Assembly: GCF_004010195.1 (NCBI RefSeq)
Contig: NW_025214608.1
Location: forward strand, 1-47,055
Reading direction: 5' to 3'
Length of the DNA stretch: 47,055 nt
From: Chiloscyllium plagiosum
Lineage: Eukaryota
Position 1 is the first letter of the stretch. Each line of letters opens with the position of its first letter. This document shows positions 11,615 to 22,659 of the stretch, in pieces. A program made the translations under genes and the position numbers. The notes beneath the pieces are model-generated. The model did not search any database. It had not been told where the DNA came from and saw only the letters and a program-made list of their open reading frames with translations.

Positions 11615-13329
11615 TCCCTGTTACAGGTGCCAACTTTTTTTAAAAAAAAGGCATTACACCGTTGTATTCTTCATTCGCAATTGCTCTGGGCACAGAAGAG
11701 GGTTAAAACTGGAGCCCAACTTTGTAGACAAGTCCCCGATGTTCTGGTGAATGGTGCGGTGGAGGGGATGTACATTATTTTACTCCAGGCTTGGCGGGGA
11801 GGCGTTGAAACCTGGCCCTGTCAGCTTGCTCTGACGTTTTCCCCTGGTTCAGTGTGGTTCAAGCCTTCTCGGTAAATGCCCAGAAGTGACCGTCCCCACT
11901 CTACCAGGTTACGTGAGACCATCTGTACTTTGTGACCTCGCAATCACTCTATCTCTGTTACTGCATCCACCTCCCCACCAAGGTTCATCTTTTCCCTATC
12001 CCACGAGCGTGCGAACCTGGAAGCTCTGGTCGAGGGACGTACGACTAAAGGCAGTGTAATGTAGGGCAATGATTCTGTAAGCATTCAGTTCCGGTCAAAG
12101 TGACGGTGTACAAATATCCAGTGAGCAGCCGAGAGGTGCAGCCGATGAGTTGGGTGTTTGTCCCTGAACACAGTATCGTTACAGCAGCGTTGTAATAAGA
12201 GTTGTCAGTGCACTCTAAGATTTAGCATTGATGTGCAGAAGCTTACTGTCAGTAGTTCGGAGATGTGATGGTATAGTGAGGCTGATATATAACAGATGCC
12301 AGCATTGATGGTTGTGGAGTGCATGCATCTTCTGTCCGTGCAGTGTACCCCGAGACGTTGAAGTCCAAGATAGAAGTCTGCAGGAGGGAGAGCTGAGGTG
12401 GAGTTACCAGTTACCAGATCTGACTTCCATTTAAAATACTCCATACTGAGTTTCTCCACAGTGGGAGCAAGGACACGAAGTTGCAAATTGATGAAAAGGG
12501 AGTGACATAAGTCTGTCTGTTGGTCAACGGTAATCATTCAATTAGCATCTCGCCACTCCCCGACTAAAGTTTTGGCTCTAAGAATAGAATATGTCAGAAA
12601 CAGGCCCTTCAGCTCAGCAAGCCTGCACTGACAAATAATGCACTTCTCAAGTTACAAAGGAAGATTCTGCTTCTGCATGTTCTATGTCATTCAATTCTGC
12701 ATCTGCTCATCTCTGTGTCAAGATATCTGTTATTAGTAGTTATTTTATGCTGTTCTCCTCTACCAGTGCACTCCAGGCAATTTCAAATTCTGTCTGGAAA
12801 AGAAAAAGAAAATATTTGCCAGTCTACATTCCATCAAACTTTACCCCTTTTACCTAAAACCTATGGCCACAAGTAATTGATATTTCTAGTCTTGGATTAA
12901 GCCTCGAAGTATTCTTTTATCTATGCCTCTGATGAATTTTTACATGTCTATCAGGGAACCTCTCAGCCACTGATGACAAAGTAAAAACAAACCGAGTTTC
13001 TCCAATTTCTCCTCAAGGATGGATTTGAGAGTGTGACCCGTTTTACTTTGCGATACATGTTTCGACGGAGCCACTTCAATCTGCCCTCAGAATATCTCCG
13101 ACTGCTCTGATTCTGACTTATCGTCTCATTATTGTTTCCTGTTCTACTGAATGAATTCTCTTCTCGCTTGCTAAAATTATTATGGGTCATTCTTAAACTT
13201 CAACTCTTAGTATAGCTTTGTCCTTTGTAATACTTATGTTTGAATCAAATGAATTGAGATCACTATTCTCTAAATACTGCCCCTTTTCCTGCGAGATGGC
13301 AATGGTAAGAAGTGTGGAAGGTGTACTCG

Positions 13330-13692
13330 AGGGAGTGCCTTAGCACACACACATGATGTAGATTGTCAAAATGTTTGAGTACTGTTGGAGTTGTACTCAT
13401 TCAGACAAGTGGAGATTGTTCCATAATATTCCATACTTGTAGCTCGGAGATAATGGACAGGCTTCAGCAAGACAGGAGAACCGTTACGAACTGCAGGATC
13501 CTTAACATCTGATCTGATGTTCTCAACATCGCAGCTGTAATGTTTGGATAAACCTGGAAATGTTAGTGACAATGGATTCAGCAATGGCAATGTCTTTCGA
13601 TGTTGAATAGCAATGATTAGATGTTTTATGATGGTCATTGTCTGACACTTGTGTAGCACGATTGATTCTTGCAACTTCCCAGCCCAAGGCAT
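13330..13692 (-). mobile_element. Non-LTR retrotransposon RT fragment (second LINE family)
   Basis: WAGKLQESIVLHKCQTMTI is a decayed W-x-x-K-W-Q-V-T-F-A-P-H-K-C-Q-A-M-T-I RT domain-7 motif. The same family occurs at about 17.8, 18.3-19.8 and 25.4-25.9 kb. Confidence 0.6.
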
Positions 13693-13695
13693 ACA

Positions 13696-13819
13696 TGAGG
13701 TCTGCAGATGCTGGAAACCAGAGTTTAGATCAGAGTGGTGCTGGAAAAGCACGGTAGGTCAGGCTGCTTTCGAGGAGAAGAAAAATCGACGTTTCGTGCA
13801 AACGCCCTTCATCAGGAAC
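13696..13819 (-). mobile_element. Single-arm PLE terminal repeat carrying a hammerhead core
   Basis: Same family as 11426-11614. The minus strand reads TTC-CTGATGA-AGGGCGTTTGCAC-GAAACGTC-GAT. Confidence 0.75.
13785..13818 (-). ncRNA. Minimal type-I hammerhead ribozyme motif (one mismatch in stem II)
   Basis: CUGAUGA (13815-13809), A, stem II GGGC/GCAC closed by GUUU, then GAAAC-GUC (13795-13788) with a palindromic ACGU helix III. Confidence 0.55.
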
Positions 13820-13821
13820 AT

Positions 13822-14932
13822 TATAGGTCCTTTATATATTTCCCCTCTCACTCGAAGCCTATGCCCTCTAGTTCTGGACTCCCCGACCCCAGGGGGAAAA
13901 AAACTTTGTCTATTTATCCTATCCATGCCCCTCGTAATTTTGTAAACGTCTACAAGGTCACCCCTCAGCCTCCGACCCTCTAGGGAAAACAGCCCCAGCC
14001 TGTTCAGCCTCTCCCTGTAGCTCAGATCCTCCAACCCTGGCAACATCCTTGAAAATATTTTCTGAGCCCTTTCAAGTTTTACAACATCTTTCCGTTAGGA
14101 AGGAGACCAGAATTGCACGCAATATTCCAACAGTGGCCTAACCAATGTCCCGTACAGCCGCATCATGACCTCCCAACTCCTGCACCCAATACTCTGACCA
14201 ATAAAAGGAAGAATCCCAAATGCCTTCTTCACTATCATATCTACCTGCGATTCCACTTTCAAGGAACTATGAACCTACACTCCAAGGCCTCTTTGTTCAG
14301 CAACACCCACTAGGACCTTAGCATTAAGTGCCTAAGTCCTGTTAAGATTTGCTTTCCCAAAACACAGCTCCTTGCATTTATCTGAATTAAACTCCATCTG
14401 CCACTTCTCAGCCCATTGGCCCATCTGGTCCAGATCCTGTTGTCATCTGAGGTAACCCTCTTCATTGTTCACTACTCCTCAATTTTGATGTCATCTGCAA
14501 ACTTACTAACTGTACCTCTTATGCTCGCATCCAAATCATTTATGTAAATGACAAAACGTACAGGGCCCAGCACCGATCTTTTTGGCACTCCACTGGTCAC
14601 AGGCCTCCAGTCTGAAAAATAACCCTCCACCACCACCCTCTGTCTTCTACCTTTGAGCCAGCTCTGTATCCAAATGGCTAGTTGTCCCTGTATTCCATGA
14701 AATCTAACCTTGCTAATCAGTCTCCCATGGGGAACCTTGCCTTGCTGAAGTCCATATAGATCATATCTACTGATCAGCCCTCATCAATCTTCTTTGTTAC
14801 TTCTTCAAAAAATGCAATCAAGTTTGTGAGACATGATTTCCCATGTACAAGCCATGTTGACTATCTCAAATCAGTCCTTGCATTTCCAAATGCGTGTACA
14901 TCCTGTCCCGCAGGATTTCCTCCAACAACCCT
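13822..14932 (-). mobile_element. CR1-type LINE, well-preserved RT region, truncated
   Basis: MLPGLEDLSYRERLNRLGLFSLEGRRLRGDLVDVYKITRGMDR, plus the FADD motif (gtcatctgcaaa on +, ~14490), the PVTSGVP region and YMDFSK. Confidence 0.92.
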
Positions 14933-16659
14933 CGTATCTAGGTGTCTCTGATGCTGCTCCCGGCATGTCCTTCCAAAATCTTTACCAAACGAGCGTGATT
15001 CCCTGGCTTAATGTTTACAGCAGAGTGGGAGATATCGCAGGCCGTGAGGTTGCAGCCTGTACCAGTTGTCCAGAGTATTATTCCACTGCTGTCGATGGCC
15101 CATTGCAGCCCATGGATGCTTGCCTGCTGGTCGACATATACAAAGTCTGACCCATTGAGCATACAGTGGGCAACGTAACATGGTGAAGGGTCTGCAAATT
15201 GTGAAAATGGCTTTTCCCCTACAGACCGAAGGTCCCTTAAACGTTTTTATCAGTATATTAAATGCGGAGCTGTATCTGCAGCAGGTTGATTGATGAGGAA
15301 GTGATCAATTATTACCTGCCGCAGAACAGTCTGTCAGCCGGAGGATTCAGCATCAATGGAAAGCTCTACTTTGACGACATACGAAGAAGTTGCACCCTCT
15401 CCCCACTGTCTGGCTCTGTCCTGTCGGCGGGACAGAACTGACCAGTGCAGATGATGATCTTGCACAGGGCAAAGTCCTGTTCACTGAATCCTGTCTTACA
15501 ATGCCGAATTGTTGCTTTGTATGCCTGTGGGAAATATATAGCAGGTCACCTTTACATCTTGTACAGTGAAGAGTTAATATGACTTTATTCCTGACATATT
15601 TCAAAATTGACCAAACGTTATTCTTTTTCTGTGAAACTTAATGAAGTGAACAATAATTAAATTACGAGATTACAAAGCTAACTATTACACAAATCAGTAA
15701 CTGTATTAAACTGCTGATTCATGTTTAAGTCAGTGAACACACCATCTTCTAGTCAGCAACGGTGTGGAAAATAACTTTGAAAAAATGTCTGACTTCAGAC
15801 ACCGATCAAATGGGCATCACCATTACCTCCAAAACACCATCTCTAATGTCTGTCCAGAGAGCTTCGAAAGTGAAGCTGGACAGTTACTCACACAATCCCT
15901 TACAATGGACACTTTGATACATACCGGAACAACAGGGAAATGTTTGGCCCAGACTGGCCAATGCACAAGCACAGGGCTTTGTGCTGTTCCAAACACATTT
16001 CAACATTTGTAGTAATGACCTAAAATCAAGCAATTTTGCCTCTTCTGGTGTACCACCAAAACTGCGTAACTCTGCACCTTGGGCCTAATTCAGAATGAAG
16101 GTATCATAAAGATGAAAGACTCCTGCAGCCCATAGCGCCTTACATCGAAACCCTGATAAACCATGTTCAGTGTATGTCAGCTCAATGACTTCAGTACCCA
16201 AACAGAATTATGCAGCTGCATTGATGGCCATTCTGATCCCAGACCAATGTCCTTGTGTATGACTTGGTATGAAAAATTCTATGAACATGTTTGCAGCATT
16301 ATTCTGAACATTAACAGCTAACACATTTTTAACAGAAGATACTACATGCTTTGTTAATAGGCACTTTTCGATTGCTCAATAAGTACAAAATGAGCCCATT
16401 TATTCACTTTATTTGTCAGACAACATGCTGACGATTTTAACCAAATCACAGTAAGGGGCTTTGAAATGACGACTTTCGTTACCGTACCTAAGAACACGTT
16501 ACTAAGAACTGCCAGGATTTTCTAAATGTTTAATCATTGTCATTTGTACTAATAGTGTGTGCGAATATTCACAGCAATACTTTTCATGGCAACAATATCA
16601 CTGTGTATCTAAGCATTCTACATTCGGATATGAGTATATGTTCAATTGTTTCTGTCTAT

Positions 16660-16830
16660 CCTACAGTTTAGTAATGTGGTTACTGAATGGCACTCTTTGT
16701 GTGCTGCTAGCTATGTAGTAGATACCACTGAAAGATTGACTGATTGGTTCAAACAGCACACCCCTCCACCTGTTCACAACAAAGATGGTATTGTCTGGAC
16801 TCAACCAGCCTGCGCTCAAAAAAAAACAAA
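16660..16830 (+). mobile_element. Decayed GIY-YIG fragment of a third PLE type (Naiad/Chlamys-like)
   Basis: ORF 16646 reads SNVVTEWHSLCAASYVVDTTERLTDWFKQHTP, which aligns by eye with the SNVVY-x-F-x-C-x-C-x3-YVG-x-T-x2-RL-x-DR-x-KQH-x-P GIY-YIG signature. Confidence 0.55.
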
Positions 16831-17261
16831 CTCAGTGTCCAGCAATGGGCATGTTTGGCCAATATTTTTCATTCTAATTTATTCCTGGAAAGTAATTGGG
16901 CCAGTATTTATTTCCCATCCCTTGCTGCACTTGAGAAGGTGGAGATGAGCTGCCACTTTGATCGCTGCATTCCACGTGCTGTAGGTAGACTTACAATACC
17001 ATAAGGGAGGGTACCTGAAACAGTGACTCCGAAGGAGCATAATGCATTTACAAATCAAGATTGTGTGTGGCTTGGAACGGAATGTGAACATGGTGGTGGC
17101 CTCATACATCTGCTGCTCTTGTCCGTTTTCCTGTACGTGATTCCAGAGGCAACATTTTTGTAAAGAGGTTTGGTAAATTTCTGAAGATCGCCGTGCAGAT
17201 GGCAGGCAATGCCGCTACTGAGAGTCAGTGGAGCAGGGGGTGAAGCCAGACAAATGAATGG

Positions 17262-17474
17262 TATTGGTGATGGAAAAGCACAGCAGGTCAGGCAGCGTCC
17301 GAGGAGAACGACATTTGACCATTTGGGCACAAGCCATTCAGCAAGAATAATTATGAAAGGCTTATGCACGAAACCTCGATTCTCCTGCTCCTCGGATGTT
17401 GCCTGACTTGCTGTGCTTTTCCAGCACCACACGCTCGATTCTGATCTCCAGCATCTGCAGTCCTCACTTTCTCC
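17262..17474. mobile_element. Palindromic PLE terminal-repeat insertion
   Basis: Inverted arms TGGAAAAGCACAGCAGGTCAGGCAGC / GTTGCCTGACTTGCTGTGCTTTTCCA, a decayed core TTATGAAAGGCTTATGCACGAAACCTC, and the end CATCTGCAGTCCTCACTTTCTCC. Confidence 0.75.
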
Positions 17475-18319
17475 GCGGTATTTCATCGCAGAAACATTCA
17501 AGTTGGCAGGCTTTCAGAAATCATGAAGTCGGTTACTTCTGCAGGATTCCGAGCCTATGACATATTCTTGGATGCAATGAATTTGTACAGGCCGAAAGGT
17601 ACATTTCTGGCAAAACACAGCAGGTCAGACAGCCTTAGAGGCAGAGGGGAGTTGACATTTCGGGCAGAGACCCTTCACAGGATGGGTAATGAATTTATAT
17701 GGTCACTCCAGTTCGAGTTAATATTAGTTGCGAGTTAAGTGCTGACAATGGCATTGGATGTTAGAGGATGATATTTCAATTCTGTATTATTAGAGATGAT
17801 CCTTTTCTGGCATGTGTATAATGCAAATGTTACTTGCCACTTTTGAGCTCATGCCATCATATTTTGCAGATCCGAGTAATCGCAAATGGTGTTGAAAATG
17901 GTCGAGTCATTGGCAAACATACCCAGTTGTGACTTTACGACAGAGGGATGTTCATTGAAGAGGCAACTGAGAATTATTGATCCTCGGACCGAGAACACTT
18001 TTCTAACTCAGATTATATTTTTCCCTCTGAGCTCCGAAGTCTTCTTCAAGTTCCACCTGCTACAGTGGTGTGTTACAACAAATGGTAACAGATTGACATT
18101 AAAATATCTACCTGACGGAACTGTGTGAGGACTTGGTTATCTCATTTGGTGGAACGGTTAATCTGCAATTCAGATTAATATCAACAGTCTGGGTTTAATG
18201 TTTTCACTGTCGAAGGTGAGTAAAATGGATTGTCAAATTCAACCTCTCCCTTAGTTGAGGCTTGATGACTGTTTAATAAAACTACCATTAGTCGTCTCCG
18301 TTAAACGATGGAACAACTT

Positions 18320-19790
18320 GATCATCCCGATCTGACCTACTGGTTTATTCGGTATACATACCCCCGCCCCCGGGGAACTGCTACAAACCTGTTGTGGAGC
18401 TGATATGGCTGCTTTCAACCAACCACAATCATATTATTTGTACCAGGCCTGACTTCAAACGGGGCAAAGGATTCCCTGATCCACATTTGCTCCAGATTTG
18501 CCATGAATCCTTGATTCCAAACTTGATCAAATGCAGGTGTGAAAATGCGAAGCGCAGTCACTCTCGCCACGCCTAGAGTTAAGCTGTGTGTTTTTTGTTG
18601 TTGTCTACCTTTAAACAAAGGCTTCAATGACGTCGAGGGATGTCTGTATCTGCCAAGCCCTAACTGAGCTTCAGTGAACAGTTTGTTGCTGAAGAAGTGA
18701 TGCTTGCTACCATTGTAGACGGCATCATTCATCACTTTATTAAGTATAACGATAAGAGCAATGGGGCAGTCATTGATTGTCTGATGTTTGTGTATGTGCA
18801 GGACACACCCGCAGTTTTCCATATTGTCAGGTAGATGCTAGTGCAGTCGCCCAGCAGGAACAGCTTAAATGGAATATTATCAGTGCCGACAACCATTGCT
18901 TCAGCCGTTTGTCGATACGACACAAAATGAATCGGTGTATCTAAGACTGCCATCTAAAATAGATCACTTTGTCTGAACATTGCCGTGAATATCTCAGCCT
19001 CATCCTTTCTATTGTTGGCTGTGCCATTATTAAGCAAATTTACAATTGTGTATCCTCCTCCTCTCGTGAGTTGTTTGACTGGCCACCACCATTCACACTG
19101 GCACATGTGACAGGATTGCAGAGACTATGTCTGATTCAATGGTTAGCTCTGTCGACCACTTGCAACTTTCGCTATTTTGTGAATAAGTGGTCCTGTTTGC
19201 TCACTTCACCTCATTTTGAGGCGTACCTGGTGCTTCGCTTACCAGGCGCTCATCAGTTCTCGGCTAAAGGAAGAATTATCCTCCGGCATGATGATCAGGG
19301 TAACGTGGAGCATATGATAGGCAGTGATAGTGCATCGTGTGCCGGGGTACAATTCTGCTGCTGTTGGTAAAGGCCCGAATTACCTCACACAGCCCAGTGC
19401 AAAGTTACTAGATCTATCAAAATCTGTCTCATTTAACACGGTAAAAGTGCCACACACAGAGACATTATTGGCAATGTCAACGTGGAACTTTGTCTCAGGA
19501 AATAATGTGTGCAGTAGACACTGTTAATAAAATGGTAATCGATCAGTGTGTCTGGATTCTGTTGATTGGTAGCGATGAGGTGAAGTATGTTTCTCGAGCT
19601 GAGTCATTCCCTCCCACACCGGTGCAGACCCAGTCCAGCATTTGTGTCCTTTTGCACCCGAACATTTCGATCAGTAACGCTGCTGCTGAGCCCCTCTTGG
19701 TGGTACTTTTGAAATGGCGCATCTTGTATCTAATCTCGAGTTTGTCACATTCTCAGAGCTTCATTCATTCGGTCTCCTTGCAGCAACACC
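18320..19790 (-). mobile_element. Decayed non-LTR retrotransposon ORF2 (endonuclease end and RT N-terminal domains)
   Basis: IWKTAGVS, KLFTEAQLG and ARVTALRIFTPAFDQVWNQG correspond to the WK-x-A, L-x-x-x-QFGF and ALDI-x-x-AFD-x-VWH RT motifs. Confidence 0.7.
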
Positions 19791-19944
19791 GGTCCAACAG
19801 CTGAGGCCAGGGAGTCAGCAGGAAGTTTCCGTGTGAAAGTTTGATTTGACAACACGAGGCGAAGGGAGGTGAGTCAGCAGGAGCCTTCCGTTTCAATGTT
19901 TGAATCGACACCATGAGGCTGCGGGCGAGGAGTCAGCGGGCAGA

Positions 19945-20760
19945 GATGAGGAGGGAGAGCTTGCAGATAAATATTGACCGGCCAGGAGAATGGGAGAGAA
20001 CCGGGCAGACGGAGTTTAATTTGGAAAACGAGTCCATTGTGGCCGGAAAAATAAAAGGGCAGATTTTAATTTGCATGAGAAGCAGATTCAAATGAGTCAA
20101 TGATTATGGATCAGAGTGTCTTTCTGCCCGCACATATAAGTAAGGAAATGAAATTCTGGCATTTATTGCAGAAGGAATGGATGGTAAAAGTAAATAAGTT
20201 TGGTTACAATGACATAGGTTACCACACTTGGAAAGTTGTGTCCCGTTTTGGTTTCCTTACATGAGGACGAATGTTGTGGCACTGACGGCAGATCAGAGGA
20301 AGGTCACCAGGGTTATTTCTGGCATCAAAGGGCTTTAATACGAAGAGAAGTTGAATAGCATGGGGTTCCTCTGGGTGGAATTCATAAGAATGGGATAGGG
20401 GAGGGGTGTATCTGATTAACTTGTATACAATGGAAAAGGAGAATGCTAAGCTGAACGTTGGAAAGGTGTTCCCTTCTTGGACCATCTCGAACGTGTTGTC
20501 ATAGATATAGAGTGAGAGAAGGAATATTCAAAACTGATTTGCGGAGAAAATCCTTCTTTTAGAGATTAGTGAATCTATAGAACGCCCTTCCCAATATGTC
20601 GTGGAGTTGGAATCGCTTCACAGATGAAACAAAGAAATAAGTATGCTTCTGATGGAAAGCAGGGTAAATAGTTTTCGGGTTAAATTAGCCATGATCACAT
20701 TAAATGGTGCAGTGGACAGCAAGGGCTGAATTGCTTACTGCCATCTTGATTCCTACCTTT
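19945..20760 (+). mobile_element. Decayed CR1-type LINE 3' part
   Basis: Degenerate LQ-x-DIDRL-x-EW, PHLE-x-CV-x-FW-x-P and YEE-x-L remnants, followed by the 3' UTR ttagccatgatcacattaaatgg...aagggctgaattg. Confidence 0.6.
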
Positions 20761-21479
20761 CTATATTGTTCCATCCGCGTTTTTTGGGGGGTTTTAGATA
20801 TCGTTGATTGTAAGATCAGTGGGATCCATTGGAAAAAGTGAATGGAGGCACATTTCTGCTTGGTGTATTGGAAATAAGGCAGGCATGTGGCGATAAAATC
20901 ACAATGAAGTCCCTCAAAGTAGGCCTGGAAACCAGATGGCCTGTTACAGTCCCAATTCGTGATGTTTCATTGCCTGGTGTAATCGAAATCAAATATTACA
21001 GTCAGATATACAGTCCTTAATTAACGTGTTCCTTTCGTAATAAAATGGAAAATGACCAGTTCGATCGAACATGCTTTTACAATTTAAACATTAATTTCTG
21101 AAACTGCAGTTTGGAAACTGGGTAATGGGTTTGAAAATATTACGTTGTCAATTCCACTGGAATGTGGCAACATTTTAGGCAAAACATTCTGACTGTATTA
21201 TGGAAGAATGTAAACATTGAAAACGTACGCAAGGGACAACATTTAGTGGACATAAGTCAATTGTCATGAAATCGGTGTGTCAAAGTTGGAAATTTCTAAA
21301 ATCAGGGATAGCTTTGTGACGTCCTGTGATGAAGCAGACTTCCTTTCAGTGTATTAAACAGAAACAAATAATGTCTGTGCGTAAGCAGTCTGCAAGTGCC
21401 CAAATTGACACAATGTATCAAAGTAGATTCAGTTGGCTGACCCAAGCTGAATTTTTACCCAGACGTCAGTTTGGATTCT

Positions 21480-22658
21480 TCTTCAGGACATGGGTGGTGG
21501 GGTGGCAGGGGGAGCTGCAGATAAAGCAGGAGGCGGCGCCAGGGTGGTGAAGTGGGGATAGGTGAAGAAAGTTCGAGTGTTTCACATAGTTGGTCAAGGG
21601 GAGGAATGAATTCAGATGGCGGCAGGGAGGAGTAGAAGAAGGCGACGAGCAGGGAAGATAGTCGCAGGACTTGAAGGGTTTTTTTTTTATATTGGAGAAC
21701 TCAATGTAGAGTCGTCTGGGCTGTCGGCTACCCAAGCGGTGTTGTTACTCCAATTTATGCTGTGCCTTGTTTAGGCAATGGAGGAGGTCAAGGATGGCTA
21801 TGTCGGAAAGGAAGTGGTTGGGCGAATTGAAACGGACGGTGATAGGGCTGTCAGGTCCTCCCCTTTGGGTTCGGCTGAGATGCTTGGTGAAACATTCCCT
21901 ATGTTAAAATTTGGTCTTCACGATGTCGATAAGACCACATCGTGACCACCTGATGCAGTAAAGTAGTTTGGAGGAGAGTCGAGAGTGTGTTGCTGGAAAA
22001 GTGCAACAGGTCAGGCTGGTTCGAGGCGCAGGGGAAATGACGTTTTTGGAATACATCCTTCGTCTGGAATAATTCCTGATGAAGGGCACATGCACAGATT
22101 TTCAATTCTGATGCTCTGCGAATACTGCCTGACCTGCTGTGCTTTCCAGCACAACACTCTCGAATCTGATCTCCATCATCTGCAGTCCTCGCTTTTTCCT
22201 AGTTTGAAAGAGAGGATGGGGAAGTTCTGTCTCACGTGGAAGGGCTGTTTGGTGCATTTTATGGGTGTGAGGGGGTGGTGTACTAGCAGGTATTACATTT
22301 TCTTCGTCTGCTGGTCTCGGTACATGATGGTGCAGGGCGTTTAATAGGAAGAGTGGCGGAAACCAAGAATTGTCTGAAGGAACGGTCCTTGCAGAAGGTG
22401 GAGTGCAGTTGGGAAGGGAAGATGTTTTTGTGGTCGTTCTAGTTGGAGGCGGTGGAAGTGTTTAAGGATGATGCATTGGATGCGGACCCAGACTGTGTGG
22501 CAAGTGAGGACAAGGGGGACTCGTCTTTATTGCATTTTTGACGACGTTGTTTAGAGCGGAGGAATGGAGAATGAATGAAAGGAGGGAAACGCATGGTGTT
22601 CCAAAAAGGTAGACATCTGGGATGCTTGAGAGTGGCATGTCTCCTCGTCCGAGCAGAT
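21480..22658 (-). mobile_element. Penelope-like element (Neptune-like) 3' part, decayed and interrupted by a nested insertion
   Basis: Minus-strand YCIRWSRCGLIDIVKTK (YCIRC-x-RCGL-x-YIGETK) and LGSRQPRRLYIEFSN (LG-x-LQP-x-G-x-NIEFSN) are GIY-YIG C-terminal motifs. A C/T-rich 3' UTR follows. Confidence 0.75.
21981..22200. mobile_element. Palindromic PLE terminal-repeat insertion nested in the PLE above
   Basis: Inverted arms GAGAGTGTGTTGCTGGAAAAG...CAGGTCAGGC / GCCTGACCTGCTGTGCTTTCCAGCACAACACTCTC, with CTGATGAAGGGC at the centre. Confidence 0.75.
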
Positions 22659-22659
22659 C

